A DNA stretch of 64,000 nucleotides from assembly GCA_963849295.1 (NCBI GenBank), contig CAWKGU010000009.1, forward strand, positions 40,836 through 104,835, read 5' to 3'. Positions 1 to 10,398 of the stretch are shown here, piece after piece. The notes beneath the pieces were generated by a model that was not told the origin of the DNA, did not search any database, and saw only the letters and a program-made list of their open reading frames with translations. The stretch is from an uncultured Solirubrobacterales bacterium. GTDB lineage: Bacteria; Actinomycetota; Thermoleophilia; Solirubrobacterales; Solirubrobacteraceae. The first letter of the stretch is position 1. Every line of letters begins with the position of its first letter. A program made the position numbers and the translations under genes.

Positions 1-1
1 A

Positions 2-106
2 CTCGAGAAGGTGGGCGGCGAGCCGGCGATGGGCTCAGCGCTGGCGCCCCTCCTGGTCGCCCATGGTTTCCAGGAGGGGCCACGCCGGTTGACGCTCAGC
101 GCGTAA
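2..106 (+). CDS. 3' end of probable Lhr-family helicase (partial)
   Basis: Frame from base 2 reads LEKVGGEPAMGSALAPLLVAHGFQEGPRRLTLSA*. It resembles an Lhr C-terminus, and lhr commonly precedes nei in actinobacteria. Confidence 0.55.
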   Translation, partial: LEKVGGEPAMGSALAPLLVAHGFQEGPRRLTLSA

Positions 107-130
107 AGCTTCCCCAGCGCCGCTCGACTC

Positions 131-895
131 GTGCCTGAAGGGGACACAATTGCTTGGACCGCCAACCGGCTTCGGCCGCTGCTCGTCGGGCGGATTCCGG
201 ATGAGGTCCTGACGCCGCAGCCGCGACACGCGATGGACCGCTGGCCGCAGCGACTCGCCGGCCGCGCCGTGTCGGGCGTCGACACGATCGGTAAGCACCT
301 GTTCATCCGGTTCGAGGGCGGGCTCGTCCTGCATTCCCACCTGGGCATGAGCGGGTCGTGGCGGGTTTTGGGTGAGGAGCGCGCCTGGCGGCGCGCTTGG
401 TTTGTGCTTCGCGCTGCCGAGAAGTGGGTCGCGGAGTTCGATGGACCGACCCTGGAGCTGATGACCGAGGGCCGGGTACGGTTCGACCAGCGCCTCGCCG
501 CGCTCGGTCCGGATGTTCTGGCCGAGGAGTTCGACTCCGAGCGTTTCCTGAAGCAACTGCGCGGCGACGATCCCACCCGACCGATTGGCGACGCGTTGCT
601 CGACCAGCGCACGATCGCCGGGATCGGCAACATTTGGAAGGCCGAGGGGTGCTGGGAAGCGGGCCTGGACCCTTGGCGGTCGGTGTCATCCGTATCTGAC
701 GCTGAGGCGAGGGCGATCATCTCCGCTGTGAGGCTCCGGATGGAGCGCTCCGCTCGCTTCGGACCGCGGGAGATCAACGCACGCGTCTATCGGCTCGTCG
801 GCAGGCCGTGTCCGCGCTGCGGCGCTCGGATCCGCTCGCGGGGGCAAGGCGACGCCAACCGCACGACATACTGGTGCCCGGGATGTCAGCGCTGA
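131..895 (+). CDS. nei: Fpg/Nei family DNA glycosylase/AP lyase
   Basis: N-terminal MPEG motif, H2TH LLDQRTIAGIGNIW, C-terminal zinc finger CPRC...CPGCQ. Confidence 0.92.
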   Translation: MPEGDTIAWTANRLRPLLVGRIPDEVLTPQPRHAMDRWPQRLAGRAVSGVDTIGKHLFIRFEGGLVLHSHLGMSGSWRVLGEERAWRRAWFVLRAAEKWVAEFDGPTLELMTEGRVRFDQRLAALGPDVLAEEFDSERFLKQLRGDDPTRPIGDALLDQRTIAGIGNIWKAEGCWEAGLDPWRSVSSVSDAEARAIISAVRLRMERSARFGPREINARVYRLVGRPCPRCGARIRSRGQGDANRTTYWCPGCQR

Positions 896-1587
896 GGCGG
901 GTAGGGCACAAAGGGGCGGATCTGATCGCGCCCGGTAACACGTTCTCAAGCTTCGACGCCGCTCTCGAGGCGGGCGTCGACATGATCGAGTTCGACGTGC
1001 TCATTTCCCGTGACGGCGAAGAGCTGTTGCTGGCGCACGACTATCGGGACGCGGCGTCGCGCACGCCGCAGACCCTGGAGGAGGGATTGGCATATCTCGC
1101 CTCGGAAGCGTTTGCGGGCATCGACATCGACGTGGACCTGAAGCTCCCGGGCTACGAACTGCGGGTGCTCGAAGCGCTGCGCTCGTTCGGGCTGCTGGGC
1201 CGCGCGCTGATCTCCAGCCAGTACCGCACGAGTCTCGACGTGCTGCGCTCCGCCGAACCCGACGTGCGCCTCGGATGGTCTGTCCCGCGGCTGCGGCGCG
1301 ACCCGTTCCGTTCCCGAGCGCTGCTGCTCCCGGCGATGGTCGCGGTCTGGGCCGCTCGGATGGCCCTGCCCATCCGCGCCCGCACAGCGATCCGAAGTCG
1401 CGCCTGCGACGCGCTCATGGTGCACTGGCGGTTGGTGACGCCGCGGCTGGTGCGTGCGGTGCGCCGCGCGGGCGGAGAGGTCTATGTCTGGACGGTCGAC
1501 GACGTCGTTCGCCTCCGCGCGCTCGAGACGCTTGGCGTGACCGGCGTGATCACCAACGACCCTCGACTGTTCGGCGCCCTCGCCTGA
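883..1587 (+). CDS. Glycerophosphodiester phosphodiesterase family protein
   Basis: GHKGA...GNT, IEFDV and VYVWTVDD...GVITNDP motifs. Start placed at ATG 883. Confidence 0.88.
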   Translation: MSALRRVGHKGADLIAPGNTFSSFDAALEAGVDMIEFDVLISRDGEELLLAHDYRDAASRTPQTLEEGLAYLASEAFAGIDIDVDLKLPGYELRVLEALRSFGLLGRALISSQYRTSLDVLRSAEPDVRLGWSVPRLRRDPFRSRALLLPAMVAVWAARMALPIRARTAIRSRACDALMVHWRLVTPRLVRAVRRAGGEVYVWTVDDVVRLRALETLGVTGVITNDPRLFGALA

Positions 1588-1721
1588 CACGGCGTGCTGG
1601 CGGATACCTTGCCGTGCGCCAAGCCGTCGGACATCGTCGAGCCCGTCTCGAAACAGTCGTTTGACGACCGGACGGTGCTTCGGAAGCTGATTTGAAGTGC
1701 GGGGTGTGGTATCTCATCCCA

Positions 1722-2417
1722 GTGGCCGCGACGAGCGAGGAGACGATTGCGCTGCTGCATCGCGTGCCTGCGTTCTCGACGCTCTCCGACGAGGACTTGG
1801 CACGCGTGGCCGAGGTGGCCGTCCCCCGTCAATTCGGTCCAGGCGAAGTCGTGTTCCGCGAGGGCGATGAGAGCGACACCTGCTACGTGGTCCGCTCCGG
1901 GCGCACCCGAGCGATCCGCGAGCACACGGATGGCCGCTCGATCACGCTCGCGAACTTCGGCCCCGGCGACATCTTCGGCGAGCTTGCGATGTTCGACAAC
2001 GAGAGCCGGTCGGCGACGATCGAGGCGCTGGAAAACACCGAGGTCATCGCGATCCTAGGGGGCGACATGCGGCGATTGATGCGCGAGCACCCCGACATCG
2101 CGGTGAAGCTCGTCTCGGCGCTTGGCCGCCGGCTGCGTGAAACGAACGAGCGTCTTGCCCGCCAGTCCTTCCAGACGGTTCAAAGCCGGGTCGCGGCCGT
2201 GCTCGCCCAGCTGGTGGAAGCGGCGCGTGCCGAGGGGGCTGACGAGCGCGACGTGCTGATCACCTACACCCAGGCCGATCTTGCCCAGCTTGCCGGCTCC
2301 TCGAGGGAATCCGCCAGTCGGTTCCTCGCCGTGCTCGAGCGCGCCGGAATCATCACTCAGGGCCGTGGAAAGCTCGTCGTCCACGAACCCCAGGCCCTGG
2401 AGCGATACGTCTATTAG
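1722..2417 (+). CDS. Crp/Fnr family transcriptional regulator
   Basis: cNMP-binding domain (GDIFGELAMFDNESRSATIEA) and C-terminal HTH (TQADLAQLAGSSRESASR). Start placed at GTG 1722. Confidence 0.92.
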   Translation: MAATSEETIALLHRVPAFSTLSDEDLARVAEVAVPRQFGPGEVVFREGDESDTCYVVRSGRTRAIREHTDGRSITLANFGPGDIFGELAMFDNESRSATIEALENTEVIAILGGDMRRLMREHPDIAVKLVSALGRRLRETNERLARQSFQTVQSRVAAVLAQLVEAARAEGADERDVLITYTQADLAQLAGSSRESASRFLAVLERAGIITQGRGKLVVHEPQALERYVY

Positions 2418-2842
2418 CCCCGCATCGGAGTTCTCAGCGGGGGGAGTGGTGGTTCGCGGGCACGACGTTGTCGTGATCGTCCCCGTCAAGCGCGATGCGC
2501 GTGGGAAGCCGCGTTCTCGGACTTCCCAAGGGGCATCCCGACGGTGACGAGAGCCCAGAGGAGGCCGCGACGCGGGAGGTAGCCGAGGAAACCGGCATCA
2601 CCGCCGACCTGGTCGAACCGCTCGGCGAAGTCGCCTACAGCTACGAACGGAGGGGCCGCCGGGTCGCCAAGACTGTCGCCTTCTTCCTGTTCGAATATCG
2701 CTCCGGCGACGTGGCAGACCACGACCACGAGATCGAGGACGCGCGCTGGATGCCGCTCGCCGAGGCCGCGCGCGCGCTGACCTACGAAGGTGAGCGTGAA
2801 ATGGTCACGCGCGCGTTGTCGCGGCTTTCGGTAGATCGGTAG
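2413..2842 (+). CDS. Nudix hydrolase (apparent +1 frameshift near 2509)
   Basis: EFSAGGVVVRG is in one frame. LPKGHPDGDESPEEAATREVAEETG (Nudix box) is in the next frame. Confidence 0.85.
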
Positions 2843-2852
2843 GCTGGCGCCG

Positions 2853-3251
2853 GTGCGAGTCCTGAACTTCTACTCGTCGGTGTTCGCCGACCAGTTGCGC
2901 CGTGGGCGAAAGACCGCCACGATCAGGCTCGGCGACAAGTCGCATAAGTACCGTAAGAACGACTGCGTGCTGGTCACGATCGGCTACCAGCACTCGCCGC
3001 GGGAGAAGATCTTCTACGCCGTGATCGACCAGGTGGAGGTCAAGCGCGTCCGAGACCTCTCCCCGCGCGACATCGAGCACGACAACCCCGAGTTCCGCAG
3101 GGTCGACGAGATGGTCCACTTCCTGGAGCAGATCTACGGGCGCAAGGTGGCGATGGAGGACACGGTCACTGTCGTGCGTTTCTCCCAGATCATCGAGAAC
3201 CCGCCCGAGCTGCGCGACCGGCTCCACGGCCTCGGCGGCGCGCAGAACTGA
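2853..3251 (+). CDS. ASCH domain-containing protein
   Basis: GRKTATIR motif typical of ASCH/PUA-like domains. Confidence 0.8.
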   Translation: MRVLNFYSSVFADQLRRGRKTATIRLGDKSHKYRKNDCVLVTIGYQHSPREKIFYAVIDQVEVKRVRDLSPRDIEHDNPEFRRVDEMVHFLEQIYGRKVAMEDTVTVVRFSQIIENPPELRDRLHGLGGAQN

Positions 3252-3265
3252 TTGGGTCCTGGAAG

Positions 3266-3994
3266 TTGACCGACCACCGAGTCGTCACGCAGGACGAATG
3301 GCAGGCGGAGCGCGACGAGCTGCTGAAAGCGGAGAAGGAGCTCACCCGGCGCTCCGACGAGCTCGCTCGCAAGCGGCGGGAGCTGCCCTGGGTCAGGGTG
3401 GAGAAGGATTACGAGTTCGAGACCGAGCACGGGACAAAAGACCTCGCCGGCCTGTTCGGTGGCCGCTCGCAGCTGGTCGTCTACCACTTCATGTTCGGGC
3501 CTCCATACGAGGCGGGTTGCCCGGTGTGCTCCTCGATCGCCGACACGCTGGCGGCACAGGTCCCCCACCTGCGAGCGAGGGACACAACGCTGCTGCTCGC
3601 CTCCCGTGCGCCGCTGCGGAAGCTCCTCGCCTACCGGGAGCGGATGGGGTGGGAGATCCCCTGGGTCTCGAGCGCCGCCAGCGACTTCAATCGCGATCTC
3701 GGCTTCGAGCACAGCGAGGAGGAGCTGAGGCCGTTCCTGGAGAGTGGGGCGATCCCTGCGACCGTCGAGCAGAACGCGCGGATGTGCGGGACGGACGCCA
3801 AGGACTACGTCACCGAGGGCCCGGGGCTGAGCGTCTACGCGCTCGACGACGGGGCCGTCTATCGCACCTACGTCACCACCGCTCGTGGGTTGGAGCTCGC
3901 GATGGCCTTCTATGGTCTGCTCGACCGGACGGCGAAGGGGCGCGATGAGGGCGCCACCGAGCCGCTCTGGCTACGCCGCCACGACGAATACTAA
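3266..3994 (+). CDS. DUF899 family thioredoxin-like protein
   Basis: RRELPWVRVEKDY, QLVVYHFMFGP, GCPVCS and RRHDEY motifs. Confidence 0.88.
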   Translation: MTDHRVVTQDEWQAERDELLKAEKELTRRSDELARKRRELPWVRVEKDYEFETEHGTKDLAGLFGGRSQLVVYHFMFGPPYEAGCPVCSSIADTLAAQVPHLRARDTTLLLASRAPLRKLLAYRERMGWEIPWVSSAASDFNRDLGFEHSEEELRPFLESGAIPATVEQNARMCGTDAKDYVTEGPGLSVYALDDGAVYRTYVTTARGLELAMAFYGLLDRTAKGRDEGATEPLWLRRHDEY

Positions 3995-4010
3995 GACGTC
4001 TTCGCGCGCG

Positions 4011-4037
4011 TTGGCACTCTTTACGCAAGAGTGCCAA
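4011..4037. promoter_or_regulatory. CIRCE element 1 (HrcA operator)
   Basis: TTGGCACTC-N9-GAGTGCCAA upstream of groES. Confidence 0.95.
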
Positions 4038-4045
4038 ATCCGTGC

Positions 4046-4073
4046 TTGCATCGGCCTATAAACAAGCTATAGT
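4046..4073 (+). promoter_or_regulatory. Housekeeping-sigma promoter of groESL
   Basis: TTGCAT-N16-TATAGT between the two CIRCE boxes. Confidence 0.75.
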
Positions 4074-4081
4074 CTCGGTTG

Positions 4082-4108
4082 TTGGCACTCTCAGTCTGAG
4101 AGTGCCAA
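4082..4108. promoter_or_regulatory. CIRCE element 2 (HrcA operator)
   Basis: TTGGCACTC-N9-GAGTGCCAA. Confidence 0.95.
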
Positions 4109-4147
4109 GCGAGAGCATCCTCATTTTCAATTCGGAGGTTTCGTCAG

Positions 4148-4438
4148 ATGAAGCTAAAGCCCCTAGGCGATCGATTGATCGTGCGGGCAATCGAGGAGGA
4201 GGAGACCACGGCTAGTGGGATCGTCCTGCCCGATACCGCCAAGGAGAAGCCCCAAAAGGGGAAGGTCCTCGCGGTAGGCGATGGCAAGGTCAACGAGGAC
4301 ACGGGCAAGCGCACGCCGCTTGACGTCGCCGAGGGCGACGAGGTCCTTTACAGCAAGTACGGCGGCACTGAGATCAAGGTGGACGGCGAAGAGCTGCTCG
4401 TCCTCCGCGAGTCAGACGTGCTGGCCAAGGTCCAGTAG
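4148..4438 (+). CDS. groES: Co-chaperonin GroES
   Basis: MKLKPLGDR...[13 protein letters not shown]...SKYGGTEIK. Confidence 0.98.
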   Translation: MKLKPLGDRLIVRAIEEEETTASGIVLPDTAKEKPQKGKVLAVGDGKVNEDTGKRTPLDVAEGDEVLYSKYGGTEIKVDGEELLVLRESDVLAKVQ

Positions 4439-4456
4439 ACCCGTACAGGAGAAGAA

Positions 4457-6082
<1,626 letters not shown>

Positions 6083-6098
6083 TCGCCGCTGGTGCGGA

Positions 6099-6135
6099 TG
6101 GGAGATTTCTCGGGTATAGGCCGAGAAATCTCCCA
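6099..6135. repeat. REP-like palindrome, copy 1
   Basis: TGGGAGATTTCTCGG-gtatagg-CCGAGAAATCTCCCA (15-bp perfect stem). A near-identical copy lies at 48532-48570. Confidence 0.85.
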
Positions 6136-6181
6136 GCTGGCGCCGCGGCGGCTAGCCTTGGCGCCAACAGGCGAGTGTTTT

Positions 6182-6209
6182 CGAGGGCCCGGCAGATGCC
6201 GGGCCCTCG
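6182..6209. terminator. Hairpin between convergent groEL and GT4 genes
   Basis: CGAGGGCCCGGC-agat-GCCGGGCCCTCG. Confidence 0.65.
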
Positions 6210-7409
6210 TCATTTCGTCGGCGCGGGCGTCGTTCCGGCGACGAGCGCGCGGTACAGGTTCCGCGTCCGTCTGGCCACCTCGGTCCAGTCGAAGCGAAGG
6301 ACGTGCTCGCGCGCGTCGGCCACGATCTGGGCGCGAGCGTCGTCGTCGCTGAGCACCTCCTCGACCACCGTGCCGAGCGCATCCGCGTCGCGGGATGGGA
6401 AGCGGACACCGACCGTGCCGTCACCTGGCACCACCTCGCGCAGGCCGCCGGTGTCGGCGACGACGCACAGGCATCCGGACGCCATCGCCTCCAGCGCCAC
6501 CAGTCCGAATGGCTCATAGATCGAGGGGACGATGCACAGGTCGGCGACCCGGTAGAGCGAGTGGAGCATGTCGTCGCCCACCCATCCGAGAAACGTTCCG
6601 TGCCGGCTGAGTCCGAGCCGACTCGCCTGACGCTTGAGCTCGGGCTCGGCGCTGCCTGTTCCCGCAACGACGAAGCGCACGCTCTTAAGGCGTCGGATGA
6701 CGGGCGCGAGCGCGTCGAGTGCAAGGTGAAACCCCTTCTCGTACACGAGGCGGCCGACCAACAGCACGAGGCGCTCGTCGGGTTCCGCGTACCGCGCGCG
6801 GAGCTCCTGCAGGTCCTCGACGACCGGCTCCAGATCGCGGGGATCGACCCCATTCTGGATCACCGTGATCCGTGACGGCGAGACGCCGAATACCGCCGCG
6901 ACGTGGCTGCGCATGTACCGCGAGCAGGTGACGACGTGATCGCAGCGGCGCACCATCGCACGTTCGACGGCATGAATCTTGGATTGAGGGCTGCGCTGCA
7001 CCCAGCCTTGGTGGCGGCCGAACTCCGTTGCGTGGACGGTGGTGAGCCAGGGCCGGCCGGCACTGCTCGCGACGTCGTGGGCCGCGCCCGCCACCAGCCA
7101 GTCGTGCGAGTGCACCACGTCGAATTCGAACCGCTCGCAAAGCTCCGCGCCCAGCGTCCGCATGTGGCAGTTCATGTCGCCGACCCAGCGCACGAAGGCG
7201 CCGACGTCCTTCGGGAACTGCGGCTCACGCACACGATGGACATGAACGCCGTGTCGCCGCTCGTCACTCGCCAGTCGTCCGCCCCCCCGGGTGAGGACGT
7301 GCACCTCGACGCCGTCGAGCACAAGATGCTCTGAGAGCTTGCGCACGTGGCGACCGAGCCCTCCCTCGATCACGGGCGGGTACTCCCACGAGATGATCAG
7401 GACGCGCAT
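6210..7409 (-). CDS. Glycosyltransferase family 4
   Basis: SWEYPP..GGLGRHV, HSHDWL, YEPFGLVALEAMA. Confidence 0.9.
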   Translation of the reverse strand: MRVLIISWEYPPVIEGGLGRHVRKLSEHLVLDGVEVHVLTRGGGRLASDERRHGVHVHRVREPQFPKDVGAFVRWVGDMNCHMRTLGAELCERFEFDVVHSHDWLVAGAAHDVASSAGRPWLTTVHATEFGRHQGWVQRSPQSKIHAVERAMVRRCDHVVTCSRYMRSHVAAVFGVSPSRITVIQNGVDPRDLEPVVEDLQELRARYAEPDERLVLLVGRLVYEKGFHLALDALAPVIRRLKSVRFVVAGTGSAEPELKRQASRLGLSRHGTFLGWVGDDMLHSLYRVADLCIVPSIYEPFGLVALEAMASGCLCVVADTGGLREVVPGDGTVGVRFPSRDADALGTVVEEVLSDDDARAQIVADAREHVLRFDWTEVARRTRNLYRALVAGTTPAPTK

Positions 7410-7423
7410 CTTCGCGGGGCACC

Positions 7424-8086
7424 CTACCGGCCGAGCGCGAGCCGCACTCCTCCGATCTGAAGCTCGGTCTGCGCGTCGTCGCTGGCGCGCAGCTCGATCT
7501 CGATCAGGCCCCGCTCGTCCGCATCGGCGCTGAAGCGAAGCCCCTCGGGGAGCCCGCCGAGAATGAACTGCCAGCGCTCAGCGACGCTTTCGGGATCCTT
7601 CACCGCGACGGTCGCGCCCGTCAGGCGGAGATCCTTGGTGGTACGCCGCCCCCAATCCGGACCGCCCCACCGCCACGATCCAGGGGGAGTCGGCTGGCTC
7701 AGCGAAACGATTGCGCCGCGCATGTCCGCGGGATGCAGGTGGACCTCGTCCATGTCCGGCAGGGACACGTCGAACACCTCGCGGATCCCCTCACCCCGAG
7801 CACGTGACCGCCCGCCGGCGACATCGTCAAGCTGGACCATCACCATGTACCCGCAGTCGCCGCCGCGGCGCTGGAGCATCCGCGCGGCGGGAGCGTCGTC
7901 ACGAATCGGAGAGATGACCTCCAGGAACGTGTCGCCGAGGGCGAACACCGCGTTGCGCAATCCGAAGTAGCCAACGGCCGGATCAGCGAACGGCTCAGCC
8001 AGGCCGAGCCTCGCGCGAAGGTTCTCGGCGACGCCGTCGAGATCGCGCGCGGCGATCACCGCCTGGCGGAGCCTCGGTTCGCTCAG
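7424..8086 (-). CDS. VOC/glyoxalase-like domain protein
   Basis: RLRQAVIAARDL...FGLRNAVFALGDTFLEVISP...HLHPADM. Start is CTG 8086 (coupled) or GTG 8059. Confidence 0.75.
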   Translation of the reverse strand: MSEPRLRQAVIAARDLDGVAENLRARLGLAEPFADPAVGYFGLRNAVFALGDTFLEVISPIRDDAPAARMLQRRGGDCGYMVMVQLDDVAGGRSRARGEGIREVFDVSLPDMDEVHLHPADMRGAIVSLSQPTPPGSWRWGGPDWGRRTTKDLRLTGATVAVKDPESVAERWQFILGGLPEGLRFSADADERGLIEIELRASDDAQTELQIGGVRLALGR

Positions 8087-10359
8087 TGCTTCTTGACCTT
8101 GAGCTTGGAGACTGTGAGCTCTGTCGAACGGCTTCCGTTGGTGTTCGTGGCGCTCAGGGTCAAGTTCACCGAGTCTTTGGGTTTCCCTGACAGGGCCTTC
8201 TTCGGCAGCTTCAGCAGGATCGTCAGCGTCTGGCCCGCGGTGACGCTCTTGCTGACTGACAGGCTGAAGCTCTTGGAATGCTTGCCCTTCTTCTCCTTGA
8301 GCTTCCCGATCAGGCTCAGACTCGCGGTCTGATTGCAGGTGACAGTGAGCTGCAGCACATCCTTCAGGCGCTTCTGCTTCTTGCGCGGATGCAGCAGCAC
8401 CTTGTTGTTCTTGGCCTTCAGCGTGCAGGACGGACGCGTGGGCTTCGCCAGCTGGAGCTCAAACGCCCCGATGTCGCAGCGAGCGCCGGCGGGACGCAGG
8501 AGCCCGCGCTGATCGATCGTCAGCGGGTTCCCAGCCGGGTCGGTGCAACCGGAAGGGTTGCCGGCATCGATCGCCGGGCTGCCGGGCAGGAGCGCGCGCG
8601 TCTGCGTCGGCCCGCCGTTATTCGCCAGCGGGCCGAGGCCGACTGTGCTCGAAGGAACGACCTTGTCGCCGGTCGCCGTGAAGTTGCAGGTATCGGGCGA
8701 GTCGGTGAGGTTGTAGCCGAGCGAGGTGTAGACGGGCGTGCCGCCGCCGCCGTTCGTGCAGTCGGCGTTGCTGAAGGCGGTGTTGTTCGCGATGATCGAG
8801 TTCTTGGTGTCGATAGTGGAGCCGAGGTTGTAAACGCCGCCGCCGTAGCCATTCGGCGCGGAATTGCCAGCGATCGTGACGTTCGCGAGGACGTCGGGAC
8901 TGGTCGCTGAGCTCTTGTTGACGTAGATGCCGCCGCCCCCCATCGCCACGAGCGAGCTGGCGTTGGTGCTGTTGCCCGAGAACGTCGAGTTCGTGTAGGT
9001 GTTCTCGGCACTTCCGCTCTGGTCCTCGTAAACGGCGCCGCCGCCCGAATCGGTCGGCCCGGAGCTCTCGTCGACCAGCGATTGGTTGTTGCTGAATGTG
9101 GTGCCAGCCGCCGTGATGTGCTGGAGCGAGTCGATCTGGACCGCGCCTCCGCCGTGGGAGTCGTCGCCTGCGGTGACGCTCGAGGTGTTGCCGTCGAGCG
9201 TGCTGTTCTGAAGCGTCTCGAATCCAAACGTGGAGTCCGCGCCGCCGCCGGAGCAGCAATGGAGGCCGCCGTTGTTCCCGGAGGGCCCATTGACAGTGCT
9301 CGTGTTGTTGTCCTGTGTGCTGTTCGTGACGGTCAGCCCTGTCCCTGAGCTCCCCGACACGTCCATGTAGATCGCGCCGCCGCCGTGACAGCACTGGCCG
9401 CTGGAGATCGTTGCGCTGTTGCCGTCGAGCGTGCTGTCCTGCACCGAGACGTTCGTATTGTTGTCCTGGTAGATCCCGCCGCCGCCCGAACAGCAGTTAT
9501 TCAGACTGCCGGTGATATCGGTCTGTGTGCCGTTGAGCGTGAAGCTGTTGTTGGAAACCTGGCTGCCCGCGGAGATCGTGATCGGACCATCCCCGTTGAC
9601 CGCGTCGTCGTAGATGCCGCCGCCGCCGTGATAGTGATCGCCGGAGCTGGTGACTGTCGCCGAGTTGTGAGTCACCGCGCTGCTGACCAGCGTCAGGCCG
9701 CGCTCGTCGGTGTAGATGCCGCCGCCACCGTTACAGCACGACCCCGTGCCGCCCGTCAACGTCGCGGTGTTGTTGGTGACGCTGCTGCCGGTAAGCGTTG
9801 TGGTCCCGCTGTTGTTATAGACGCCGCCGCCGCCGACGCAGCAGTTGGAGGCGCCGGTCGAGAACGTCGCGCTGTTGCCGGTCACGACCGCGTTGAGGAG
9901 GGCGAGATTGATCAACACCGAGTTTGAGACGAAGTTGACCAGGATCCCGCCGCCGCCCGTCTCGTTTGCGTTTGTGCCCGACGCATTTCCCCCGGTGATC
10001 GTCACGCCCTGGAAGGTGACCGTCTGCGAGCTCGCCGGGCTCGCCGTCACGTCGAACACCCGGCTCGATCCGCCCGTGGCGTCGATCACCGATGAGCTCG
10101 CCCCGGCGCCCTGGATCGTGAGTGGTGCGACGGTGATCGGGATCTCGCCGGACGTCACTTGGTAATGCGAAGAGCTCGCCGGCACGACGACCGTGTCGCC
10201 GGGGCTGGCGGAGAAGATTGTCGCCCGCAGGCTGCCGGGTCCCGAGTCGCTCTGATTGGTGACGGTCAATGTCGCCGCCTGCGCCGCGCCGGCGAACCCG
10301 AACAGCAGAACGCCCGCGAGTGACGCCCCGAGGGCCAGCCGTGAGAAGCCCAACCTCAC
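8083..10359 (-). CDS. Secreted beta-helix repeat protein with choice-of-anchor Q-like domain and CCxGGG motifs (paralog 1)
   Basis: Signal peptide, DSGPGSLR motif, xxNxA/GGGG repeats, LGPLANNGGPTQTRALLPGSPAIDAG...DQRG...CDIGAFE, Lys-rich C-terminal domain. Confidence 0.85.
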   Translation of the reverse strand: MRLGFSRLALGASLAGVLLFGFAGAAQAATLTVTNQSDSGPGSLRATIFSASPGDTVVVPASSSHYQVTSGEIPITVAPLTIQGAGASSSVIDATGGSSRVFDVTASPASSQTVTFQGVTITGGNASGTNANETGGGGILVNFVSNSVLINLALLNAVVTGNSATFSTGASNCCVGGGGVYNNSGTTTLTGSSVTNNTATLTGGTGSCCNGGGGIYTDERGLTLVSSAVTHNSATVTSSGDHYHGGGGIYDDAVNGDGPITISAGSQVSNNSFTLNGTQTDITGSLNNCCSGGGGIYQDNNTNVSVQDSTLDGNSATISSGQCCHGGGAIYMDVSGSSGTGLTVTNSTQDNNTSTVNGPSGNNGGLHCCSGGGADSTFGFETLQNSTLDGNTSSVTAGDDSHGGGAVQIDSLQHITAAGTTFSNNQSLVDESSGPTDSGGGAVYEDQSGSAENTYTNSTFSGNSTNASSLVAMGGGGIYVNKSSATSPDVLANVTIAGNSAPNGYGGGVYNLGSTIDTKNSIIANNTAFSNADCTNGGGGTPVYTSLGYNLTDSPDTCNFTATGDKVVPSSTVGLGPLANNGGPTQTRALLPGSPAIDAGNPSGCTDPAGNPLTIDQRGLLRPAGARCDIGAFELQLAKPTRPSCTLKAKNNKVLLHPRKKQKRLKDVLQLTVTCNQTASLSLIGKLKEKKGKHSKSFSLSVSKSVTAGQTLTILLKLPKKALSGKPKDSVNLTLSATNTNGSRSTELTVSKLKVKKH

Positions 10360-10398
10360 GGCGCCAGTCTCCCAGGAGTAGCCGGGGATTGCAACGTC

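Noticed and set aside
1649-1666. TCGAAACAGTCGTTTGA upstream of crp as an SOS box
   Set aside because: The spacing does not fit GAAC-N4-GTTC.
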